From the human T2T-CHM13v2.0 reference genome, Homo sapiens, in assembly GCF_009914755.1 (NCBI RefSeq), contig NC_060926.1: a stretch of 64,000 nucleotides of DNA, one strand, 5' to 3'. Both the position numbers and the translations under genes were made by a program. This document shows positions 44,621 to 57,678 of the stretch, in pieces. The notes under the pieces are model-generated. The model had not been told where the DNA came from. It did no database searches and worked only from the letters and a program-made list of their open reading frames with translations. Each line of letters opens with the position of its first letter. Position 1 is the first letter of the stretch.

Positions 44621-45607
44621 GGAAGCTGATTTTTAAAATACTGAGATCATATAGATGACAGCACCTGAAAAATAGACAACACCAAGCTTTATGTTAAAAG
44701 GTGTGAGGGTATCAATATTGTTGTGGCTATTGGGGAGGAAAACATTAGTAAAACCAGTAAGTTAAAGCTCTTGCTTTAAACTTTGGCTTTAATTTAACAA
44801 ATGTTCTATGGAGTGACAGTATGTATGTAACCATGCTATGCCCATTCACAGATGCAGTAGAGGGAAGAATTTCTCAAAGACAACTGTTCTAACACTCAAA
44901 TTAAACCGTACTGGGTTTGAAAAGAGAAAGTCCAGGAATTACCAAATATTTTAGATATCAGATAAAAGAGAATGCCAGGTATGCGATGATAATCAGCAAT
45001 GGTTGTTCACACAATACATCAAATCAGTATTTGAATTAGCTTTTGAATTACAAGGACAAATGGATCAAGTCTAGACTCTTTAGTAGATAAATCTTATTAG
45101 GCTGAGATGTGTTTTCCCCTGTTTTTCCACAAGGAGATTACAAATTTGCAAACCTCAGCTGCTCTCATTTTATGCTCTCACCAAGCCAAAAGCTGAAGTT
45201 CATCAATCAGTGTGTCTAAGTGTTCACTGGTTATATACCATTTTGTAGTTTCAGCTATCTTTCCAACTTCCTAAATCATCACCTTCATTTGATCTTGTTT
45301 TTTTCCACTATCACTTCTTTATTGACCATATAAAGAATGTAAGTGAGTTCTTATTTGGTTATTGTTCATTTTAGTCTAACTTCATCAAAATATCACAATC
45401 TTTTAATTTCACTTTAATTTCAAAGATTAAATGAAACCTACATAGAAATGAGTGTAAGATTTGCATTTGCATTATTTTGGCATCAATTTGCTATCCTCCC
45501 TCATGCACATAGAGCTCATTTCCATGTACGTGATTTCAAACATCCAAGTGCAGTATTAAAAGCAGTTGTAAATTATGGTTCTCATTTTCCTGATACAATT
45601 ACAATAT

Positions 45608-46446
<839 letters not shown>

Positions 46447-46534
46447 GACATAATCTATTTAACCTGCAGATTAAAGCGTTCTTTATTTTTCTGTCTCCCT
46501 GTCTTAATTTTTTTAAAATAATATGAATTGTAGT

Positions 46535-47160
46535 AAAGAGAAAGAAAGAAAAGAAAACAAAGAAAGAAAAAGAAGGAAGGAAAGAAGGAAGGAAATAAAG
46601 AAAAAAGAGGGAAAAGAAGGAGGAAATGAGGGAAGGAAGGGAGGGAGGGAGGAAGGGAGAAAGGCAGGAAGGGAGAAAAAAGAAAACATGAACACAAGAA
46701 AGAAAGAAGGAAGGAAAGAAAGAAAGAAAGAGAAAGAGAGAAAGAAAGAAAGGAGGAAGGGAGGAAGAAAAGGAGGAAGAGAGAATGGTAAAAGGGAGGA
46801 AGGCAATGAAACAAAGAAAATAAAGAGGCGAAGGAAGGAAGGAGGGAAAAAGAGGAAAGGAAGGGAGGGAGGAAGGAAGAAAAGGAGGGCGGGAGGAAGG
46901 GAGAAAAAAGGAAAGAAAGCAAGAACGTGAGAAAGAAAGAAAGAATACGAGAAAAGAAGGAAGAAAAGGGAGGGAGAAAGGAAGGGAGGGAGGAGGGAAG
47001 GAAGAATAAGAGGGAAGAAGGAAAGAAGGAAGGAAGGAGAAAAAAGAAAAAGAAAGAAAGGAAAAGAAAAAAGAAAAAAGGAAGAGGAAAAGAAGAAAGG
47101 AAGGAAGAAGGCAAGGGAAGGGAAGAGAAGACAAAGGAAGATGGAAAGAAGGAAGGAAAA
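46535..47160. repeat. Polypurine (GA-rich) low-complexity tract
   Basis: About 630 bp of almost only G/A (GAAA, GGAA, GGGA units). Confidence 0.93.
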
Positions 47161-47229
47161 CCGCAAATATTAGAAATTCTGTGTTTGTTAGAGAATATGC
47201 CATACTGTTTTTTTTTTTTTTCACTTGAA

Positions 47230-48060
47230 AGGAAAGAGTATCTGCCATTGAAGATTGGATGTCTTGTTGGTGATACTGTTGTTCTTATCTTCCACATGAT
47301 TACTGAGTTTGTGCCTAGTCTTTCCATTACTAAGACAAAAGTGTTGAAGTCTGCAAATATAATTTTGGATTTTTCTAGTTCACCTTTGATTTCTTTCGTG
47401 TTTTACCTCACGTATTTGGAGGCTCTGTTGTTAGCTGCATACCCTAATTAGTAGGATGTTTACATCTTCTTGAGAATTGATTATTCTATTATCTATTGTC
47501 TCTCATCTCTGATACTATTTCTTGTTCCGAACTCTGTTGTGTCTAATATCAATGTAGTCCTTCCACAGCCTTATTTTAGTGTTTCCATGATATGGCTTTC
47601 TCCATATCTTGATGATAACCTATTTATATCTCTATATATTTGGAGCAAGATATAAAATTTAGACTTGATTTTTTAAAGATTTTTCAAAGATTTTTCAAGA
47701 TGGAATTCTTATTTCTTTTTGTTCTATTTGACATTCTCTGAGTTTCCTATATCTGAAGTTTGATTTTCTGTCACTTCTTTTAGAATATTTTTGGCAGTTA
47801 TTTTGAAAAATATTTCTTTTGCTCCATTATTTTTCCCTGTTTTCTTTTTGGGATTTCAATCATAACTAGAGTAGGTAATTTCATCTCTGTCTTATGCAGG
47901 TTACTTTTTCTCAGGGTCTCAGGAATGTAGCCTTCTCACACTTCTGTTCTTTTCCTGGCTGTGTTGGTGAGCTCAGTGATATTCCTCCTTCACCTTCAAG
48001 AGCAGTTTTGTTTTTGTTTTTCCTGTTTTCATACTCCCAGCATCAGGAGTATTCTAAGTG
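47230..48060 (-). mobile_element. Ancient L1M fragment (endonuclease/ORF1 region), antisense
   Basis: gtgttgaagtctgcaaatataattttggattttt...tatttggaggctctgttgttagctgcatac...tacatcttcttgagaattga. Confidence 0.7.
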
Positions 48061-48099
48061 TGGCAGTTTTTGTTGCCTTCCCCTACATATTAAGTGGAA

Positions 48100-48380
48100 T
48101 ATCTTGGTCTATTTGGACTCTTATAACAAAATAACATAAACTGGGTGACTAAAAAACAACAGATATTTCTTTTTTCATACTTCTTGAGGCTGTAAGATCT
48201 CAGGTCAAGATGCTCACAAATTCAGTGTTGATGAGAGCCCATTTCATGGTTCATAGATGGTGCCTTCTTTCTATGTCCTCACATAGTGGAAGGCACACAA
48301 GAACTCCATTGAGCTTCTTTTATAAAGGCACTAATCCGATTCATAAGGGCTCGGCCCCCAAGACCTGGTCACCTCCCAAG
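48100..48380 (-). mobile_element. MSTD/MLT1A-type MaLR LTR fragment
   Basis: tataacaaaataacataaactgggtgac...ggttcatagatggtgccttct...tgtcctcacatagtggaagg...ttttataaaggcactaatcc. Confidence 0.78.
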
Positions 48381-49214
48381 TGTTCTGCTCTCCCTGATCT
48401 GTGTCATATACAGACTCTCTTGGATTCCTTACCAATTGCTTGAGAGATCACAGTGGGTTTGTGGAGAAAAAGTTTTCAAGATGATGGATCTTTCCCAACT
48501 TCTGCAGCTGTCAGCCGTCTCCCAATCTGACCAGCCCCACTTTGTCTTTAGGAATTTATTGATTATTCCAGCTTTACTTGTCATAGTGGTGTCTATTTGC
48601 ATCTGTCCTATGTAAGTGCATCTGTCCTCTTTCTCCTTGCAGGTGCTTGTTTTCCCTCACATTTTGACTCAGTTCTTGGCAACCTCGTTGCTATAAAAAT
48701 AAAGTCATGACTTTGAGGTTAGTTTGGTTCTTTCATTGTTGTCAGGTTAGGAACCCTATTCCATCCCAGATCTCCAAAACCCAGACTTTTTGGGGGGTTG
48801 AAATTTTAGGCTTTCTCTTTGAATTGTAGTTTTATCTTCTTTCAGTTACCATTTGCATTTTCATAATGATTAATGAGACTAAGCTTTTTTTGTGTAGTTG
48901 ACTGTACCTTTGGATTTTTTTCCCAAATACCTTTTTATTTCTTCTTTTCTTTATGGTTTTAGAAAACGTAGTTTACATAATTGCAGCTTGATTCTTTTAC
49001 TCAGTTAATGGCATGCTTAATGGAGAGAAAAAATATTATTTTCCTTTTTAATTACTGTGCTTTTTTCTTTTTTAAGGAAATGTTTCATTATGTTAAATTT
49101 CAGTGTTATTCTACTTAGCTATTCCTTAAATATTATAGTATTTCGGATTTCACATGTAAATTTGTAACATATCTTGAGTTTATTATGTATAGAGTAAGGC
49201 TATTTTCTCTTTTT

Positions 49215-49660
49215 TTAAGGTAAAAATCACATAATATAAAATTAATAACAACCATTTTAAAGCATACAATGCACTTGCTTTTAGTATATTCACAATGTTC
49301 CAGGGCAATTTCATCATGTCCCTTCCAAAAACCCATTATGCATAAAGTTGTTACACCCTATTCTGCTTCCCTGAGCCCTAATGACCACTAATCTAATTTA
49401 CATCCCAATTGATTTGCCAATTCCTGATGTTTCATGTGAATAAAATCAAGTGATATTTGTCCTTTTGTGCACTTAACATAATGCTTTCAAATTTCACCAA
49501 TATTATACCATATATAAGTACTTCATTCTTTGTTATAGCTGAAAATTTGGTGTCCATTTATGAGTCAACAAGCATATGGATTGTTTCCACTTTTTGACTG
49601 TATGAATATTACTGCTGTAAATATTCATGCACATGTTTATTTTTTGAGCACCTATGTTTT
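49215..49660 (-). mobile_element. L1MB/MC-type 3' end, antisense
   Basis: aggtaaaaatcacataatataaa...ttttagtatattcacaatgtt...accactaatcta...ggattgtttccactttttgact. Confidence 0.72.
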
Positions 49661-49661
49661 G

Positions 49662-51135
49662 TAAGATTAACAGCTGACTTAAGAGAAACAATGGAAGGCA
49701 AGAGGCAGTAGAATAATATATTCAAAAGATGCAAAGGAAAAGAAACTCTCAGCCACGAATTCCTTATCCAGCAATTATTTTTCAAAAATGAAGATAACAC
49801 AAAGACTTACCCAGATAAACAGAAATATTAACTGAAGTTGTTGCTGGCAGACCTACCACGTTAAAAAAAAAACTCTAAAATAAATTCCTAAGGCTAAAAG
49901 CAAGTTACAGAAGACAGTCGCTTGAATCCACATTTTTAAAAAAGCACTGGTATAGGTAATATTGACATTATAAAAGACAGTAAAAATGCATTTTTTCTCT
50001 TTATCATAAATTGTTTATTAAATAACATGTGTATAATGGCCGGGCACGATGGCTCACACCTGTAATCTCAGCACTTTGGGAGGCCAAGGCGGGCGTATTA
50101 CGAGGCCAGGAGATCGAGACCATCCTGGCTAACACAGTGAAACCCCGTTTCTACTAAAAATACAAAAAATGAGCCGGACGTGATGGCGGGCGCCTGTAGT
50201 CTCAGCTACTCGGGAGGCTGAAGCAGAAAAATGGCATGAAGCCGGGAAATGGAGCTTGCAGTGAGCGGAGATTGTGCCACTGCACTCCAGCCTGGGTGAC
50301 AGAGGGAGACTCCGTCTCAATGATAATAATAATAATATGTGCATAATGTATTGCTGAGTTTTTGACATGTAGAAATGTAATACGTCTATAACATATTTTC
50401 CAGTAACATCAAAAAGGAGGTAGTTGGAAGAAAAATGTATTGTGATAAGGTAATCACTCTAGATGGTAAAGTAATAATTACTAAAATGTATTGTTGGCTT
50501 TGTAACTTTAATAGATGTAATGTGTAAAGTGATAATACTTTAAAATGGAGGAAATAAAAGAGATTTATATAAGAATGATGTTTCTATGTATTACTAAAAG
50601 TTTACTAGTATAAATTGGAAGATGATTTGAATAATTAATTTTCCATATACCTATATGGTAAACTTACAACAACAACAAACATTCCCAAAAATATATAATA
50701 AAATAATTCATTAGTAATCTAAAGTTCCCTATTTTAGAAAATATTCTTTCATTGCAAAATAAAGCAATAAAGAAAAATATTTGAGAAATATATAAAACAA
50801 ACGGTAAAATGGCAGACATAAATAGAATTATACCAATTATAATCTTAAATGTGAGCAGATTAAAATCCATTCCAGAGGCAGAGATTGTCAGACTGGATTA
50901 AAACAAGTGATCCCAATATACGCTGAGATGCAAGGATACTAATGGATTGAAAGTAAAAAGATGACAAAAAATATCATGCAAAGAGCAATCATAAGAACAC
51001 TGAACTCATTATACTCATAACACACAATATAGACTATTAAAAATGTGAATAGGATTTTAAAAATTTATATTGTAGTAAAAAGGGGGTCAACGCTTTAGGA
51101 AGACATAGCTATTACAATCATGTATGCACAGATAT
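49662..51135 (+). mobile_element. Old L1M ORF1 C-terminus to endonuclease start, interrupted by AluY
   Basis: aagattaacagctgactt...gaaacaatggaaggcaagaggcagtagaataatatattcaaa; ...gcagagattgtcagactggattaaaacaag...gacccaat-like endonuclease start. Confidence 0.7.
50038..50330 (+). mobile_element. AluY with TSD
   Basis: AluY diagnostics gagaccatcctggctaacac, gcgggcgcctgtagtc, aatggcatgaa, ggagcttgcagtgagc; (AAT)n tail; TSD aataacatgtgtataat / aataatatgtgcataat. Confidence 0.93.
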
Positions 51136-51556
51136 GAGCTAAATTGTTTCCTCTATATAGATGCTGCAATTCTAACCACTGAATATGACCTCATTAGGAA
51201 ATAAGTTCTTTGCAGCTGATCAAGTTAAGATACAATCAGATGAGCCTGAATTCAGTATGACTGATGTCCTTATTAAAAGAAGAACTTTGAGTAGAGGGAG
51301 ACATACACACAGGGAGAGTACCATGTGATTATGAGGGCAGAGATTAGCCAAGGAATGCCAAAGACTGCCACTAAACCATCAGAAGCGAGAAACAAGGCAT
51401 AGAACAGGCTTTCTCTCATAGCCCTGGAAGGGACCATCCCTGCTGACACCTCAATCTCAGACTTTTAGCTTCCAGGACTATAAGACTATAAATGTATGTT
51501 GTTCATGGCACCCAGTTTGTGTTACTTGGTTATGGCAGCCCTAGAAAACTAATACA
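51135..51556 (+). mobile_element. MLT1B/C MaLR LTR
   Basis: atgactgatgtcctta...gccaaggaatgccaaagactgcc...ccctgctgacacctcaatctcagactt...ttatggcagccctagaaaactaataca. Confidence 0.82.
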
Positions 51557-51599
51557 TGAACTAATAACAAAGCATAATAACATGAAGCAAAAATTGACA

Positions 51600-53130
51600 A
51601 AAGAGGAGCATCAGCAAAATGGCAGTGGAGACAGCTGCAATCTTTCATTTCCCCACAGAAACATCACACAACTAAGAGAAACTGTCCGAATAAACTTTGC
51701 CAAAACTCTGGAAAATAGTCAAAAGATTACAACAACCGAGTGAAAGCAGACTCAAGAAAAAGACAACTTGAAAACTTTATGACATTTTTAACTTGCCTTT
51801 GCCCCAGCAAATTGGCAGTTTTGAAGTGTCAGGAGCCCACGTTCCCAGTGAGGAACACTGGTCCATGGTCCAAAGGAACAAGAGAAGATCTTACTCGCAA
51901 ATTACTATGTGTCTGTTCTGACTGGTCTGGGGGATACCTAAAGGACTCATGAAAGGCTTTTGTTTTTCTGTGTTGCTAGAATACAGAACAGATAAGGAAT
52001 GGACATTATCGAGAAACTCTGCAAGGAGACCTAACAAACCACAGATGCTTAGGGCAAAAATTAGAGTTTACACATATAGTAGATCACCTTCAGCACAGGA
52101 AGAAAAGTTGGAGAAGAGTATTTGGAAAACTAAGACATTCAAAATCATTCACGTACATGGGAGAGTCTAGAAAGTCACATGTATGCACAGGTTAAGCCAC
52201 ATGCTGACAAATGTCATAAGAAGACCCTACACTTTTACCTTGGCCGATCCCTCCCCTCAGTGCAAGCTCTGTGCAAGAGTGAACTTGAACTTCACTCAGT
52301 GCAAGAGTGAACACACACTTTGTGCCGGCTTTAAAGAACCCAGCACAAAGCCAGTCTGCATGGCCTAGAGACATATTTTGCTGGACAATGATTACTTGTT
52401 TTTCTTTTTGTTTTTGTTGTATTTGCCTGCTTGCTTACTTCCTGACATACAAGAAAATCACTGTCAAAACATTAGCTTAACATTTGTTAAGGAAACAAAA
52501 AGACTTCCATGACCACACCTTATAAAGCAAACAGTTTTGTAAATCACTTTGGAAAATTTCACTAAAAAAAAAACCTTAACAATATAATAAGTAAAGAAAA
52601 TTTAAAACCCCAAAACATTACTGTGTTTGTGGGGGAGGGTCTGATTCACAGAGTAACCACATAGTAATTATAATTATTATAATGCCCAGTTTTCAAAAAA
52701 AGTTACAAGGCATACAAAGAATGGGAAAGTATGGCTCATTCAAAGGAACAAAACAAACTGACAGAAAATATCTCTATGGAAACCCAGACTTCAAACTTAC
52801 TAGACAAAGACTTTAAAACAACTCTCTTAATTATACTCAAATGTCACAAGGAAAACATAAACAAAGAAATAAAGGATTCAGAAAAAATATTAAAAAGTAG
52901 GAATATCAACAGAGATAGCAGAAATTCTGGAGTGGAAAACTACAACGATAAAAATTTAAAAATCACCAGAGGGATTTAAGAGTATATTTGCACACACAGA
53001 AGAAGTCATGAGCTTGAAGATAAGAAAATGGAAAATATTGACTCTGAGAAACAGATAAAAAATGAGCAGAGACTAAGGAATCTGTGGGACATCATCAAAC
53101 AGACCGACATTCATATTCTGGAAGGATAAA
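51600..53130 (+). mobile_element. Old L1M 5'UTR and ORF1 N-terminus
   Basis: Starts gaggagcatcagcaaaatggcag; ORF 52731-52979 (MAHSKEQNKLTE...NLLDKDFKTTLL...) resembles ancient L1 ORF1p; gactaaggaatctgtgggacatcatcaa. Confidence 0.7.
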
Positions 53131-53154
53131 TTATGTTGTTGAAAACTTTAGCAT

Positions 53155-53310
53155 TCTTTCTTTTCACCTTTCTTTCTTCCTCCCTCTCCCTCCTCCTCCT
53201 TTTTACTTTTCTTCCTCTTCCCTTCTCTTCTTCTTTCTCTCCTTCATTATCCCTTTCGCTCTGTTTCTCTTTCTCCCTTTCTCTTTTTTCTTTTCTTTCA
53301 ATTTTCTCCA
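53155..53310. repeat. CT-rich low-complexity tract
   Basis: About 150 bp polypyrimidine. Confidence 0.85.
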
Positions 53311-53839
53311 TTACTAAGAGATGTTTGCATACCCTTACCATGTGAGTTGATATGGTTATTTCTCCCTTTAATCCTCTTTTGACATTTATAGTCTCTCTAA
53401 GTAAAGAGATAACCCAAACATAAGCCTCACAAACAGGCTTCCATACCATTCTTAATTTGGTCCTGTAATTCTTCATTGCTGTATTAACTTTCTGATGCTT
53501 TTAAGGATGTTTTACAACAAATTGTTTAGTTTTTTCCACTGGAATGTTTATTCTCAATTATCTAATTCATATTGTAAGTATAGAGGGAGCTTAATATAAA
53601 ATTATTAAACTAATATTTGTGAAAGAACGTATTTGTGCATTTAACAAATATGTTAATCCTCAGACTGTTATTGGGCAGCTGAGCATACAGCAATAAAAAT
53701 AACATAATTTTTATGTGTACAATATTTGTGGAATTCGTTACTGGAACAAATAAATAATTTAGTTAATAACATGACAAAGAACAGAAATTGTATACACTAT
53801 AGAGCATAGTAATGGAATAATGAATGATTAAAGTTATTA

Positions 53840-54470
53840 ATATTAGGTAGAAAATGAAGGGTATCTTTGAGAGCAGAACTCAAGGAAGCAAGCAATTCGC
53901 CTTATGAGGAAAGAGTTACCTGTGGATAAAGGAGAAACTGAAAAATTTACAAGTCAAGACTTTTTGAGCAAAAACAAAAATATGATTTTTAGTCACCAAT
54001 TCAGTACAGTGAAAAAAAAGTTGAAGAGATATCTTGGAAGTAAACCATATTGTGGAAGAGCATGTAGGGTTTTGATAATCAGGGGATTATTCTGAATTAA
54101 TTTTAAATGCGATAGGAATATATGAGATAATTTAACCAGAGAATAACATGATTGTGTTTGCATTTCAAAGGGGTGGTATCTGGTGCACCGTGTAGAATAA
54201 ATAGGTTTTGTGAGCAAATAAATTGGGAGGCTACTCTAATCCAGAGAAAAAAGGTAGTGACTTAGGTGAGAATGCTGTCAGGATGAGTGGTAGTAGTGGT
54301 GAGAAGTCGTTAGGCCATGGATGTATTTCATAGGACTGGCCAAGAGAACTGCAGCTAAACTGGAGTGTAGGGAGTGAAATGGAGAACTCAAAGACGACTC
54401 TCAGCACTGGAAAGTGACAGCTGTCACTGAAGCATGCTGATGCCTCTTATTAAGAGAGTTACTTGGGAGT
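53840..54470 (-). mobile_element. L2 LINE fragment
   Basis: catgtagggtttt...aacatgattgtgtttgcatttcaaag...ggaggctactctaatccagaga...gtggtgagaagt...tcaaagacgactc. Confidence 0.65.
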
Positions 54471-56690
54471 GGCAAGATCAAAACTTCTCACTTTCAAATT
54501 TATGAAAAATATTGTTTTCAGAACGAATGACGTTGGGATCAGAAAGCCATCATTCTAATTGATGGTTCCAAGACTACACGGGCTCACACTCCCAAGAACA
54601 AAAGTAAATCATCGCAAAGGTGCTTCCTGATAATTCTAGAGAATGGAGAATTACTGTAACATCTTTCTGATTTTAGGAGAGGTAGCAGTTCCCTGTTTAG
54701 CCTAAACGCTATTTTTTTTTTAAAGCTCAGCCAAGAGACTCCATTATAATTTTCAAATGTGTGTAACTTAAATTCTCATATGAAATGCCACTATGCTTAA
54801 ATTAGTCAAAACATTTTCCCCATCTACAACTCTATCTTGTCATTGCAATCATTTTCACAAAAGTGACTGCAGCTCACAGACCCTAAAAGGAGAAAATCCA
54901 GGGTAGGTTATCTGATCTAGTTAGTTTCGAAGACAGGATCTAGAGATTATTTAATATGAAATAGGTCACCTGAAATGAAGTGTTTACTGAAAACAGCTTG
55001 GATCAGCCCAGTTTTCTACCACTAAACCATGCATTTGGTTTAAAAAACACAACAACTCTGGGGAATATCGGCTGCTTCCAACTGTGTTGAAGGTGTTAAA
55101 GAAAAGAGCATAAAAGTAGAAATGATCATCTGAGGCCTTTATAGTCTCTGCTCAAGAGACTAGAGTCTTCCATTCTTAACGAAACACCCAAATATCTTAA
55201 TAATTGGGCAAAATCTAAATATCAGAGAGATAATTTTATCTTGAAGATTGTTAAATTATAATGGTGATTCACTACCTTGCCACGTCTCTGAGTCAAAAAT
55301 TAGGTCTTTGTTTAGGAATCAATGGTACTCTGCAACTTGGAAATAGGAAGATTTTAGAAGACTCAAACACTGACTTTCTTGTGCGCAAAAAAAAAAGACG
55401 TATTGAGATAAGACAAGTCCTTCCTTGCAAGGATACCTCTAATGCTCATACACCACCTCCCCTAACGTTAATATAGCTTCCAGGTCAGTAACCAGTGTCA
55501 GAGAGCAGCCCATGCAACTACAAATTCAATAGATGTCGAACACAGGGTCAAGCCTAGAATAAGAAGTCTTAGCTAATTAAGTATGCTTTTTTCCCCAAAT
55601 TCATATTAACAAAAACTTGGATATGTCAGAGAATGCATTCTAAGTTCGCTCAACCTAGGAGGGAGAAACATAATTTTAAATTAAGAGCTGAAGCATTCTT
55701 GTCCTAACAAAAAGCAAGGAAAACGAAATATCACACCACAGGAGGGATTTCACAAATTAGTGTCAACATCAAAACCTTAAAATAGGCAAGGAGAATGCAG
55801 ATTCACAATGAACTCTTGTACTTGTTTTGTTCAGAGAAGAGATGGTTCTGAGAGAATGACAGTGAACTAACCCCAGCTGGTTTAGTTGGTGCTTTCAACT
55901 GCTGCTTCTGATCAACTCCTTTAGCTAGAATAAATTGATGAGGATTTTGGCATGTGGTATTAGAGATGGTTATTAATTTTTTCCTCTTATTTGCATTGTT
56001 CAATGTAGTAAATACTAACTGTATATGGCTACTTCAATTCAAATTAATTACAATGAAATATACTTAAATATTGAATTTTTTTAGTCACTGTTGGTTCATT
56101 ATTGAATATCTTCAGCTAAGATTTCCCATCTAAATACACTAAGAGGTGGCTTAGTTAACTGGTCGTCCACAAATATTGAGGCTGATGTTAACTCCTGATA
56201 TATTCTCTGCAAATAGAATATTCATGAGCCTCCTCCTGAAATCAGCAGCCTAGAGATAGTTTTATAAATTGGATACAAGTTGGAAATCTATATACTCTCA
56301 GTTTTTGAAATATTAGCTTCCCAGGGAAGAAAATCAAATTCATAAGATATGTTAGGACGATTTAACTCAAGATGTTCAAAACTGAAATGACGTATTCTAC
56401 AATATGTGATAAAACCACCCCCTAACAACTTAAAGCAAAACAGGGATTGACCTTAAAGACCTGCCTTTTCCTCATCCCCCAGCCAATCAGTTGTCAAATC
56501 TTGCATTTTATTTCGAAAGGTCCTTATCCCCCTAGTCTCTTGTTTCTAGACTCGGCACATATTTAAGTTTGTTACCTCTATCTACTGACTTTTTTCTCTT
56601 CAAACGGTATCTATGCCTGCCAAATGTGAATATACAAAAATCAAATCAGAATGTGTCATTCTGATTTAAACTGCTTATTAGTTAAAACCC

Positions 56691-56832
56691 TCAAGATAAC
56701 ATCTGGGTTCTTGGCTGCAATGAGTCAAGCCTACTTACATCTTTTTTTGTCTTTGGCTGCACATTTCCTATCATATCACACTCCAGCAAAGCCAAGCTGT
56801 GCCGGCCTTCTACCCCATCTCCACTATTTTGC
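56691..56832 (+). repeat. Unique 142-bp leader, copy 2 (paralog of 22083-22224)
   Basis: Ungapped match to copy 1, same orientation, again immediately 5' of a GC array. Confidence 0.95.
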
Positions 56833-57678
56833 CCCGCGTCGCCGCGGCTTTTTGCCCCCTCGCCGCCGCGGCTTTTTGCTCGACCCGGCTTTTTGCCCCC
56901 CCACCGCCGCGGCTTTTTCACCCCCACTGCCGTGGCTTTTTGCCGCCGCGGCTTTTTGCTCCCCCCGACCGCCGCGGCTTTTTCACCCCCGCCGCGGTGG
57001 CTTTTTGCCGCGGCGGCTTTTTGCCCCCTGACGCCGTGGCCTTTTCCCCGCCGCCTCGGGTTTATGCCCGCCGCGGCTTTTTGCCCCCCTGCCGCCGCGG
57101 TTCCCCGCCCCTCAACCGCCCTCGCGGCTTTTTGCCCGCCCCGGCTTTTCGCTCCTCCGCCGACGCGGCTTTTTGACCCCTGCCTCCGGTGCCGCGGTTA
57201 TTTGCCCGCCGCGGCTTTTTGCCCCCCCCGCCGACGCGGCTTTTTGCCCTCCGCGACTTTTTGGCGCCCCCGGTGCCGCGGTTATTTGCCCACCGCGGCT
57301 TTTTGCACCCCCGCCGCCGCGGCTTTTTCCCCCTGCCGCCGCGGCTTTTTGCCGGCCTCGGCTTTTTGCCCCGCCGCCGCGCCTTTCTGCCCGCTGCGGC
57401 TTTTACCCCCCGCTGCTGCGGCTTTTTGCCCGACCTGGCTTTTTGTCCCCGCCCCCCCCCCCCGCTGCCGCGGCTTTTTCCCCCCCGCCGCGGCTTTTTG
57501 TCGCTGCGGCTTTTTGCCCCCCCACCCACCGCCGCGGCTTTTTCACCCCCGCCGCCGTGGCTTTTTGCCCCCCGCCTCCGCGGCTTTCTGCCTGCCGCGG
57601 CTTTTTACCCCCCGCCGCCGCCGCGGCTTTTTGCTCGACCCGGCTTTTTGTCCCCCCACCGCCGCGGCTTTTTGCCCC
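56833..57678 (+). repeat. GC-rich (GCCGCGGCTTTTTGCCCC)n array, copy 2; orphan CpG island
   Basis: Same unit and orientation as 22225-23222; ends at ...tttttgcccc|atggccatcctcagaag. Confidence 0.92.
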
